Virus record (IMG/VR): IMGVR_UViG_3300045988_131228
Span: 1 to 64,000 of that record
Reading direction: 5' to 3' (one strand)
Source of the DNA: a virus
Length of the DNA stretch: 64,000 nt
Below the pieces are notes generated by a model that was given only the letters and a program-made list of their open reading frames with translations, was not told the origin of the DNA and ran no database searches. A program made the translations under genes and the position numbers. This document shows, one piece after another, positions 55,081 to 62,538 of this stretch (position 1 is its first letter; the number at the start of each line of letters is the position of its first letter).

Positions 55081-55821
55081 ATGGCAAATATTGCAACAGA
55101 TCTTAATATGGCGAATCGTCAGTGCTGTGATCTTGATATTAGAGATTATAAAACTAAAGCACCTTGGATGTTTGCAGATTTCTGTAATACTACTACTGCT
55201 AACATTTCTGCGGATGCTGTATATGCAAATAAGAAAGGTGCTAAATGCATTAAATTCGATAATCCATTAGAAGGTACTATTACTATGGAATTTCAGGTAT
55301 CTCCATTTAGAATTTACGCAATGCTTTCTGATGGTGAAATTGAAACTTCTGCTGTAATCGCACGTAGAGAAAGTGTAACAGGTGAAGCTAGTGGAGTACT
55401 TAATCTTACAAAGACACCTGTACCAGGAAGTGTATTTGCAATTGATCCAACTACAGGTAAAACAATTGAAGGTACAGTTGCAGACAAGAAATTTACAGCG
55501 AAAACCACATCTGATATTGTAGCAGATACTACATATGAAGTAGCTTACCTTGAATCCAAAACTACTGGCATTAAGAAAATTACATTTAATAACAAGAAAC
55601 TGCCAAAAGATTTCTTTATTCAAATGTCTACTCTTAACAAAGATGAGAATGGTGATCAAGTACCTATGAGATTAACAGCTTATAAAGCTTCTCCACAGAG
55701 AAACTTTGAAATTTCTTTTGCATCTGATGGAGATCCTTCCAGCGTAACACTAACTTGTGATCTACTCGAAGATCATGACGGAAATGTTCTTGATATGATT
55801 GAGATTACATCTGAGGAATAA
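55081..55821 (+). CDS. putative major tail protein (position based)
   Basis: 246-aa ORF with SD GGAGGAATTAAATT. Confidence 0.35.
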   Translation: MANIATDLNMANRQCCDLDIRDYKTKAPWMFADFCNTTTANISADAVYANKKGAKCIKFDNPLEGTITMEFQVSPFRIYAMLSDGEIETSAVIARRESVTGEASGVLNLTKTPVPGSVFAIDPTTGKTIEGTVADKKFTAKTTSDIVADTTYEVAYLESKTTGIKKITFNNKKLPKDFFIQMSTLNKDENGDQVPMRLTAYKASPQRNFEISFASDGDPSSVTLTCDLLEDHDGNVLDMIEITSEE

Positions 55822-55884
55822 TTTTATTTTTATAGTAGGATGATACAATATCATCCTACTATATTTATTAAAAGGAGTTAAATA

Positions 55885-57180
55885 TTGAGTAATCAAAAAA
55901 TAATGCCTAAATTCAAATTAGAAGTTGGAGCATTCTTAGTTTCTGATAAAAGACAACTTCAAATTATTGATCGTGAATATAGACCTAAGATAAAATATAA
56001 AAATGATAAACCATTTACATCAAACGAAAAATGGTACAAATATAAATGTTATAAGTGTGGAAATACTGATTGGGCTATAGAGCAAGCATTATGTGGAAAA
56101 CAAAAGATTGGATGTAACGTATGTTGCAACTCTCCATCAAAAGTTGTTAGTGGTATAAATGATTTAACTATTACCGCAAGATGGATGATTAAATATTTTG
56201 AAAATCCAAAAGATGCAGAAAAATATACCAGAGGTTCAAGTAAAATTGTTGATATGGTTTGCCCCGATTGTGGTAGACATCACAAGAATAAAATATCCAC
56301 AGTATATGCGAATCATAATCTTTCATGTCCATGTCAAGATGGTTGGAGTTATCCAAATAAGTTTATGTATTCAGTTTTAGAACAATCAGGTGTGAACTTT
56401 GAAACTGAGAAAATTTTCGATTGGTCTAAAGGAAGAATGTACGATGATTATATAGAATATAATGGTTTAAAGATTATTACTGAACAGCATGGAATACAAC
56501 ATTATATAGATCATCCACTTAATAAAAAATCACGCAATCTTAAAGAAGAACAAGAAAATGATAAAATGAAATATAATTTAGCTATGGAAAATGGTATAGA
56601 TTATTATTTTACAATTGATTGCAGAGAATCCACAAAAGAACATATCAAAAATTCTATCATCAATTCTGAATTATTTAAAATCTTAAATATAAATCCAGAA
56701 AATATTAATTTTGATAAATGTGATAAATTTGCTTCATCAAATATGGCTAAACAAGTATGTGATTATCGTAATGAACATCCTGATATGACGATGAAAGAAA
56801 TTGCGCCATTATTTCATGTATGCCACGATACTATAAGAAATTGGGTTAAAAAGGGTGCAAAACTTGGTTGGTGTACATATGAGAAATTTGATGATTTAAA
56901 ATTACGGTATCAACGTGAAGATATGCCTGTTAATAATCGTCCTATTCACTGTATCACTACAGATACATACCATCGTAGCGCAACAAAATTTGTAGAATAT
57001 TATCAATCTCTTACAGGAAAGAAACTCTGTGCAAGAAATATTCGTTCAGTATGTACAGGTAAACGTAATCATGTCAATAATATGAATTTTGAATACATTA
57101 CTCAAGAACAATTCAATCAATTAAAAGAAAAATATCCAGATAAAGTATACGGAGAACTATTTGTATCTCACGCATCATAA
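55885..57180 (+). CDS. homing-endonuclease-like protein: Zn-ribbons, PD-(D/E)XK-like core, HTH and a NUMOD-like tail
   Basis: 431 aa. YKCYKCGN..CNVCC, CPDCGRHH..CPCQ, MYDDYIEYNGLKIITEQHGIQH, PIHCITTDTYHRSATKF...IRSVCTGKR. TTG start after AAGGAG. Confidence 0.55.
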   Translation: MSNQKIMPKFKLEVGAFLVSDKRQLQIIDREYRPKIKYKNDKPFTSNEKWYKYKCYKCGNTDWAIEQALCGKQKIGCNVCCNSPSKVVSGINDLTITARWMIKYFENPKDAEKYTRGSSKIVDMVCPDCGRHHKNKISTVYANHNLSCPCQDGWSYPNKFMYSVLEQSGVNFETEKIFDWSKGRMYDDYIEYNGLKIITEQHGIQHYIDHPLNKKSRNLKEEQENDKMKYNLAMENGIDYYFTIDCRESTKEHIKNSIINSELFKILNINPENINFDKCDKFASSNMAKQVCDYRNEHPDMTMKEIAPLFHVCHDTIRNWVKKGAKLGWCTYEKFDDLKLRYQREDMPVNNRPIHCITTDTYHRSATKFVEYYQSLTGKKLCARNIRSVCTGKRNHVNNMNFEYITQEQFNQLKEKYPDKVYGELFVSHAS

Positions 57181-57197
57181 AGGAGAATATAACCACA

Positions 57198-57473
57198 ATG
57201 ACAAAAGAATGTAAAGTATTACTACGCAATCAGTGTGTTATGGTTGTTGATTTTGATGGAAAAGAAATTCAAATGCCGTCTGACCACACAGATAAAGATA
57301 CTGTATTCGTAAAGTATGAAAATGATAGATATTCTATCACTTGTAATTTAGAAGAAGAAAAGAAACCTGTAAAGGTTAAACCTGTTTCAAGAGTAAAGAA
57401 GCAAAAGAAAGTAACGGAGGTTGAGTTAGCTGATGATGTTGCAACAGATGAACCAAAGGATAAATCTGAATAA
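57198..57473 (+). CDS. hypothetical protein
   Basis: 91-aa ORF. Confidence 0.5.
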   Translation: MTKECKVLLRNQCVMVVDFDGKEIQMPSDHTDKDTVFVKYENDRYSITCNLEEEKKPVKVKPVSRVKKQKKVTEVELADDVATDEPKDKSE

Positions 57474-57569
57474 ATTAATCGTAGTTAGTATAAGTAATTA
57501 GTAGGGATGCTAGCTATGAATTAATGGCTTGTGTCCCTATTTTTTACGATTTTCAGGAGAAAACGTGAT

Positions 57570-57818
57570 ATGAAAAAACAATTATTTGATAGCTTCGAGG
57601 AAGTAGTTGAAGCTTTTGGAGAAGATAATCTTGTAGCTATTACTTTTATGCCACAGATTATTTTTTATTTAAGTAACTATAATATTCAACCTGTATGGAC
57701 TATTCCATCAGAAGTTAATAATGAAAAACTAGCCTTTTATTTTTTGAAAGCGGAAACAAAGAAGCCGTTTGAAGCATGGCAAAAACGTAGATTAGAAAAA
57801 GAACATAAGAAAGCATAA
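57570..57818 (+). CDS. hypothetical protein
   Basis: 82 aa from the ATG at 57570, after CAGGAGAAAACGTGAT. The track ORF starts at 57531 in the same frame. Confidence 0.45.
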   Translation: MKKQLFDSFEEVVEAFGEDNLVAITFMPQIIFYLSNYNIQPVWTIPSEVNNEKLAFYFLKAETKKPFEAWQKRRLEKEHKKA

Positions 57819-57837
57819 TCTTAAAGGGACATGAATA

Positions 57838-58356
57838 ATGGCAAGAAGTGTAGGTAAACAATTTGAAGATAATTTTAAGAAAAGTGTACCAAACTATACA
57901 CTCTCCTATCGTCCCCCTGATTCAGCACAAGGTTTTGATGTAGGATCAAGTAATAAGCTAAGATTCAGTCGTCACAGCCCATGCGATTTGATGGTATTCG
58001 ATGGATCACGAAATCTTTTTCTTACACTTGAATTAAAAACATTTCAAGGTTCATGTAGTTTTGAACGTGATAAAAGTGAAAAAGGAATTGTGCATTATTA
58101 TCAGATTAAGAGTTTAAAAGATTTTGCACAATATAATCGTGTTATAAGCGGATTAGTATTAGACTTTCGATCAAGTGATAATACATATTTTTTAAATATT
58201 AATCAATGGGATGATTTCATCTCACATATAGAAAAGAAAAGTTTTAACGAAAAGGATTTGCTTGAGTATGCAAGTCCTATTTTAATTCATAAAGAGAAAT
58301 TAAAAGTAAATTATAGATATGATTTAGAATCATTTTTAAATGATGTAAATTATTAA
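57838..58356 (+). CDS. PD-(D/E)XK nuclease, RecU/Holliday-junction-resolvase-like
   Basis: 172 aa. CDLMVFDG..LFLTLELKTFQGSCSF...YYQIKSL...GLVLDF shows a D..E-x-K core with RecU-like downstream spacing. Confidence 0.5.
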   Translation: MARSVGKQFEDNFKKSVPNYTLSYRPPDSAQGFDVGSSNKLRFSRHSPCDLMVFDGSRNLFLTLELKTFQGSCSFERDKSEKGIVHYYQIKSLKDFAQYNRVISGLVLDFRSSDNTYFLNINQWDDFISHIEKKSFNEKDLLEYASPILIHKEKLKVNYRYDLESFLNDVNY

Positions 58357-58684
58357 AATCGTAGTTAGGACTAATTGTTAAGTAGTCTATTTTATAGACA
58401 AGAGTGTAAATAAGTGGACAAATGTATTTTGCATTCCTTGTTCACACTTACTTAACAATAGGTTTCAAGCCTTAGTGACTGCTACTATCGAAAGATATGT
58501 TGCAGATATGAACTACGTTAGAGAAAAGGTTAAAAACACACCTTCAGATGTGCTCGTCAGTCGGAAGCTCTGTGAGTGCCAATCAAGAAACTATGCTAAT
58601 GTCCTGCATAGATAACAGAGAAACACATATACCCTCTCCAACATTGGCAAGACGAAAATTACTCCGAAAGGAAGGTATCCAGAG
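58357..58684 (+). ncRNA. candidate omega-RNA (IscB guide RNA scaffold) in the 328-nt leader upstream of iscB
   Basis: ORF-free. Long-range 11-bp stem ATTGTTAAGTA (58375-58385)/TACTTAACAAT (about 58449-58459) encloses nested hairpins (GTCTA..TAGAC). A further hairpin CTATGC..GCATAG follows. Position matches known IscB loci. Confidence 0.5.
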
Positions 58685-59932
58685 ATGGAAAATAAAATTG
58701 AATATTGTTTTGTTATTGATAAAAATAATAAACCATTAGCTCCGACAAAAATTAATAAAGGTTGGTATTTGATTAGAAAAGGTAGAGCTAAATTAAAAAG
58801 TAAATATCCTATGGTGATACAATTAGAAAAAGAAGTTAAATCTGATGAAGACGATGAAAGTCATATGGTTTGTGGCATAGATGACGGTTCTACACATGTT
58901 GGTTTAGCTATTGTTCAGAAATGTCTTACTAAAAATAAAGTAGTGTTTAAAGGAACGATTGAGCAACGCCAGGATGTAAAGCATCTTATGGATGTAAGGC
59001 GTGGATATAGACGTTACCATCGTTACCACAAAAGATACAGACAAGCAAGATTTAATAATCGTTCATCTTCTAAAAGAACTTGTAGATTAGCACCAAGCAT
59101 CAAACAAAAGAAAGACGCTATTTTAAGAGTATTATATCAATTAAATAGCTGGATAGATATTCAAGAATATTACCTTGAAGATGTTTGTATAGATATTCGT
59201 GCAATGACAGATGATTATAAACCTTATAGATGGCAATATCAGAAATCTAATCGCTTAGATGAAAATTTAAGAAAAGCAACTATCCTGAGAGATGGATGTA
59301 GATGTCAAGAATGTGGGAAATCTAACTGTATATTAGAAGTACATCATATTAGAGCAAGAAGATATGGTGGAGCTAATACCATTGGAAATTTAATTACTTT
59401 ATGTAAAAAGTGCCATGATAAAACAGAAAGTAGAGAAAAGGATTTTGAAGAAAGATATTTCAATATGATTAAATCTAAGCCAAAAAGATTTGATTATGCA
59501 ATGCATGTAATGCAGGGAAAAACTTATTTGAGAGAAAAGATTTCTGAATTAGGAATATTACATCTTACAAATGGTGGAGAAACTGCTAATAAACGTATTG
59601 AGTGGAACATAGTAAAATCTCATAGTAATGATGCCATATGTATTGCAGATGGCATCCCAGATACTTGTGATATTAAAGAGTGGATTATTAAACCAATGAG
59701 AAGGAAATCAAAGGCAAAAACTGATAATGTGCTAGGAATTAAGCATAGAGATTTAGTTTCTTATACATATAAAAGTGGAGAAACTCATACAGGATATGTT
59801 ACTGCTTTATATCCAGAACAATTGGCTTTAAATTTTCAATCAAAAACTAAACATTGCAAGAAAGTAAATGCACGAAAATGCAGATTACTTTGGAAATTCA
59901 ATAAAATTTACTGGTTAGAACAATGTGTATAA
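58685..59932 (+). CDS. iscB: IscB-type RNA-guided nuclease (PLMP/RRXRR domain, split RuvC with inserted HNH)
   Basis: N-terminal [15 protein letters not shown]; Ruv[17 protein letters not shown]; Arg-rich bridge [22 protein letters not shown]; Ruv[11 protein letters not shown]; [33 protein letters not shown]; Ruv[15 protein letters not shown]. Confidence 0.85.
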   Translation: MENKIEYCFVIDKNNKPLAPTKINKGWYLIRKGRAKLKSKYPMVIQLEKEVKSDEDDESHMVCGIDDGSTHVGLAIVQKCLTKNKVVFKGTIEQRQDVKHLMDVRRGYRRYHRYHKRYRQARFNNRSSSKRTCRLAPSIKQKKDAILRVLYQLNSWIDIQEYYLEDVCIDIRAMTDDYKPYRWQYQKSNRLDENLRKATILRDGCRCQECGKSNCILEVHHIRARRYGGANTIGNLITLCKKCHDKTESREKDFEERYFNMIKSKPKRFDYAMHVMQGKTYLREKISELGILHLTNGGETANKRIEWNIVKSHSNDAICIADGIPDTCDIKEWIIKPMRRKSKAKTDNVLGIKHRDLVSYTYKSGETHTGYVTALYPEQLALNFQSKTKHCKKVNARKCRLLWKFNKIYWLEQCV

Positions 59933-59982
59933 TATTGCACATTTATCTATAAATAAACACATTTTATAAAGGAGAAGAAAAT

Positions 59983-60702
59983 ATGAAGAAAAGCTTACTC
60001 AAAGTAAAAAATACAATCACATTTGAAGATAAACTCAATGCAATTGATCTTATTCTGAATGCTTTTTGGGATGATGAAACAGGTGAATATATACCTTGGA
60101 TGGAAGAACCTGCACGAGTTATCGCAGTTGGAAAATATTTCATTGAGGGATATACACTTGAAGATGGTGAAAATATTTTTAAACTATATTCATCAGATGA
60201 TGATTTAAAGAGTCTTATTGATACATTTATTAATCCAGACTATGAGTCAAGATGTGAATCTGTAAAAGAATACATTAAGGTCATGGATTTTGTAGACAAG
60301 ATGGTTCATGACAAACTTGAATGGACTAAGCAGAATATCATTCATGCAAATCCAGATATGGATAGAATTGTAGAAGGTGTTAATGTATTTATTGACGCAT
60401 TTAAGAATTTTGCTAATCTTGACCTTACTGCTCTCACGCCAGAAATGGTTAAAGATGGAGTATCTTTTATGGAAAAACTGAAAGAATCTGGTTTTGAAAT
60501 TAATGCAGAGAATCTTACTAAGATTGTAAAAGATGCTGCGGCATTTAATATTGACAAAGCTAGCCAGGATATTATTGATGCTAAGAATGAACAGATTAAG
60601 AAATTACAGGAAGAAAATAAGGAACTAAAGAAAGAGAAATTCAATGTAGTAAACGAAGATAATGTTTCTGGTGGAAAGACAAATAACAGAAAAAAGAAAT
60701 AA
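59983..60702 (+). CDS. hypothetical tail-module protein (acidic, coiled-coil C-terminus)
   Basis: 239-aa ORF. AAAGGAGAAGAAAAT precedes the ATG. Confidence 0.45.
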   Translation: MKKSLLKVKNTITFEDKLNAIDLILNAFWDDETGEYIPWMEEPARVIAVGKYFIEGYTLEDGENIFKLYSSDDDLKSLIDTFINPDYESRCESVKEYIKVMDFVDKMVHDKLEWTKQNIIHANPDMDRIVEGVNVFIDAFKNFANLDLTALTPEMVKDGVSFMEKLKESGFEINAENLTKIVKDAAAFNIDKASQDIIDAKNEQIKKLQEENKELKKEKFNVVNEDNVSGGKTNNRKKK

Positions 60703-60741
60703 ACTTATACAAGAACCAACACCCTTATAAAATAACAAATG

Positions 60742-60846
60742 CTATTTGCGTACAACGTGATCGTATATTATAAATGCAATGCCAATGATGTCACAAATGG
60801 CAGTCACTAACATGCACACGCTACCACAGTCGAGTGGGATATACAT
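60742..60846 (-). CDS. small hydrophobic peptide (34 aa), candidate type I toxin-like or membrane peptide
   Basis: Minus strand AAGGAGGTACATAT-ATG. MYIPLDCGSVCMLVTAICDIIGIAFIIYDHVVRK. It is antisense to the surrounding late operon. Confidence 0.4.
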   Translation of the reverse strand: MYIPLDCGSVCMLVTAICDIIGIAFIIYDHVVRK

Positions 60847-61100
60847 ATATGTACCTCCTTGTATTTTATATCTATGTGAAAGGCTAATGCCTGAGTTGTG
60901 AAATGTAGGCATAATCATATAGTTGTTATCTCTCGATTATATGCGCTTAATAGTTTACATCGTAAACCTGATAGCATTCCCTGTGGCATATAAGGATGTT
61001 GGCTCATGTCATATTTTACCAGATTATATTATGTAGTTCAATACAGAACGTTTGTTTAACGGAGGGTACTACTCTCCTATCTTATACGGAGGAAATTGTT

Positions 61101-61466
61101 ATGGGAATAATTATGGATGCAATTGATGCACAAATTATTAGACCAAGAGTTGAAGCTGCTGAACAAGAAGGCTTTCAAATGACTCAAACAGATATTCACA
61201 ATTTTTATTCAAGTGGATCACCTGTAAAATATATCAGAACTGGAACATATGAAAGTTCACCCCGTTCATCTGGTGTATCTGGTGGTAATGGAAATTATCA
61301 TTATGATATTCATTTGAATGTAGCAGAATATCCTTACGGCAAACATAGTGGTTTGCAGATCATGAGTGATATACAAAACAACGGTAGTGGGGTTTTGGGT
61401 ACACCTGGTACGTGGGATGATGCTGTACAGGATATTATAGAAGCCGTAAAAGCTAATTTTAGCTAA
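61101..61466 (+). CDS. hypothetical tail/virion protein
   Basis: 121 aa from the ATG at 61101, after GGAGGAAATTGTT. The track ORF extends upstream to 60996. Confidence 0.5.
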   Translation: MGIIMDAIDAQIIRPRVEAAEQEGFQMTQTDIHNFYSSGSPVKYIRTGTYESSPRSSGVSGGNGNYHYDIHLNVAEYPYGKHSGLQIMSDIQNNGSGVLGTPGTWDDAVQDIIEAVKANFS

Positions 61467-61545
61467 GAGGTATAGCTATCAAAAATCTATAAGAAAGAAA
61501 TAAAATAATGTAACAATTAAACAACATGAATCCTAAATTTCATCG

Positions 61546-61556
61546 TGCGATATAAT
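61546..61556 (+). promoter_or_regulatory. TGCGATATAAT -10 element on the plus strand; candidate antisense (antitoxin) RNA promoter
   Basis: This 11-mer also occurs on the minus strand at 61978-61988 and 62436-62446. Confidence 0.35.
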
Positions 61557-61593
61557 GCAAAAAGAAAAGAAGTCACTATGAAAAACATAGTAA
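61557..61593 (-). terminator. minus-strand intrinsic terminator of small-peptide locus A
   Basis: GTTACTATG ttttt CATAGTGAC, then TTCTTTTCTTTTT on the minus strand. Confidence 0.55.
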
Positions 61594-61662
61594 CTTCCCT
61601 CTCCCTCTCTTTACGACCTATATACACTTGTTTCCTCTTCTCATCTCCTGATAGACTTTGGA

Positions 61663-61821
61663 TTATTCTTTGTAGAATTTGCAAGAAAATTTTATTCCGT
61701 TTTGTAAACTAAAACTGAATTGCAATTCTCTTGCTTTCTTGGAAAGAATACGATGGATGGCAAAGTATCCTAACCCAAGTAACCCAAAGTCAAAACCATG
61801 TGACAGTATTAGGTCAACCAT
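61663..61821 (-). CDS. small hydrophobic peptide A (52 aa), candidate type I toxin
   Basis: GGGAGGTGAAAC-ATG. MVDLILSHGFDFGLLGLGYFAIHRILSKKARELQFSFSLQNGIKFSCKFYKE. Collinear paralogue of peptide B. Confidence 0.5.
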   Translation of the reverse strand: MVDLILSHGFDFGLLGLGYFAIHRILSKKARELQFSFSLQNGIKFSCKFYKE

Positions 61822-61977
61822 GTTTCACCTCCCTTCTGTTATTATCAACTTCGGGGAAATGATTCGTGGAGAACCCACGTAGATTGGATATTTCCATAAA
61901 GAGGTACTCACTTTCTCTGTCTTAGCAGAAAGCTTGGTTAATAAGTTACACTTCAAAGATGACTTTGATTCTTTATG

Positions 61978-61988
61978 ATTATATCGCA
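61978..61988 (-). promoter_or_regulatory. TGCGATATAAT -10 element driving locus A (about 150-nt 5' UTR)
   Basis: Minus strand TGCGATATAATC; TTGTGT lies 17 nt upstream. Confidence 0.45.
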
Positions 61989-62029
61989 AATGAACAATCA
62001 ACACAACAATAAAATCGCTACTGATAGAT

Positions 62030-62066
62030 ATATAAAAGAAAAGAAGCTACTATGCGATATGGTAAC
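62030..62066 (-). terminator. minus-strand intrinsic terminator of small-peptide locus B
   Basis: Imperfect hairpin GTTACCATATCGCATAGTAGC, then TTCTTTTCTTTT on the minus strand. Confidence 0.45.
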
Positions 62067-62123
62067 TTCTCTTTCTACGTCATGAAATTTTCATATGATC
62101 TCTCTTCTCCTATTTTTCAGCAC

Positions 62124-62279
62124 TTAATCTTTGTAGAACGAGCAATTAATATCTATATCCACAAGTCCGATATGAAAATGAAAATTTTTTACTCTCTTTG
62201 CGAAAATATGGTTGATACTAAAACATACAACACAAAGACCTGCAAATTTCAGTGCATAATCAAGTATAAGATCAATCAC
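62124..62279 (-). CDS. small hydrophobic peptide B (51 aa), candidate type I toxin
   Basis: AGGAGGTAAATC-GTG. (M)IDLILDYALKFAGLCVVCFSINHIFAKRVKNFHFHIGLVDIDINCSFYKD. Confidence 0.5.
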   Translation of the reverse strand: MIDLILDYALKFAGLCVVCFSINHIFAKRVKNFHFHIGLVDIDINCSFYKD

Positions 62280-62435
62280 GATTTACCTCCTTTCTGTTAG
62301 ACTACAACATTCAGGAAAATAAATTGTGAAGAACTCACAGAACTTATAAAGATTTTCATGAGATGTTATACCTTTCTTAATAAGCAAAGGTGTTTACAAG
62401 TTACACTTCTCAGCACGTAGCTTCGATTCTTTTTA

Positions 62436-62446
62436 ATTATATCGCA
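62436..62446 (-). promoter_or_regulatory. TGCGATATAAT -10 element driving locus B (about 150-nt 5' UTR)
   Basis: Minus strand TTGAAT, 17 nt, TATAAT. Confidence 0.5.
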
Positions 62447-62482
62447 GAAATTTAGACAATTCAATAAATAATATCGTAGTTC

Positions 62483-62520
62483 ACTCTCCTTTCTTTCGGA
62501 GAGTTTTATTTTTTTGTAAG
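62483..62520 (+). terminator. intrinsic terminator upstream of the tape-measure gene
   Basis: ACTCTCC tttctttc GGAGAGT, then TTTTATTTTTTT. Confidence 0.55.
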
Positions 62521-62538
62521 AAAGGAGAATAAATTACT

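Noticed and set aside
43273-55659. Long antisense ORFs inside structural genes (43273-43593, 45033-45314, 49481-49837, 50796-51227, 55267-55659 and others)
   Set aside because: These are mirror frames of purine-rich, AT-rich coding strands. They have no SD, give low-complexity or Cys/Phe-rich products, and are fully nested in better-supported genes.
57838-58356. Gene upstream of iscB as the IS200/IS605 TnpA transposase
   Set aside because: No HUH motif or catalytic Tyr pattern is present. The sequence instead shows a D..E-x-K PD-(D/E)XK core with RecU-like spacing.
61679-62300. Plus-strand ORFs 61679-61882 (67 aa) and 62052-62300 (82 aa) from the track
   Set aside because: They have no SD, unequal lengths and non-collinear products. 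The opposite-strand ORFs have strong SDs, matching lengths, shared termini and matching promoter and terminator signals.
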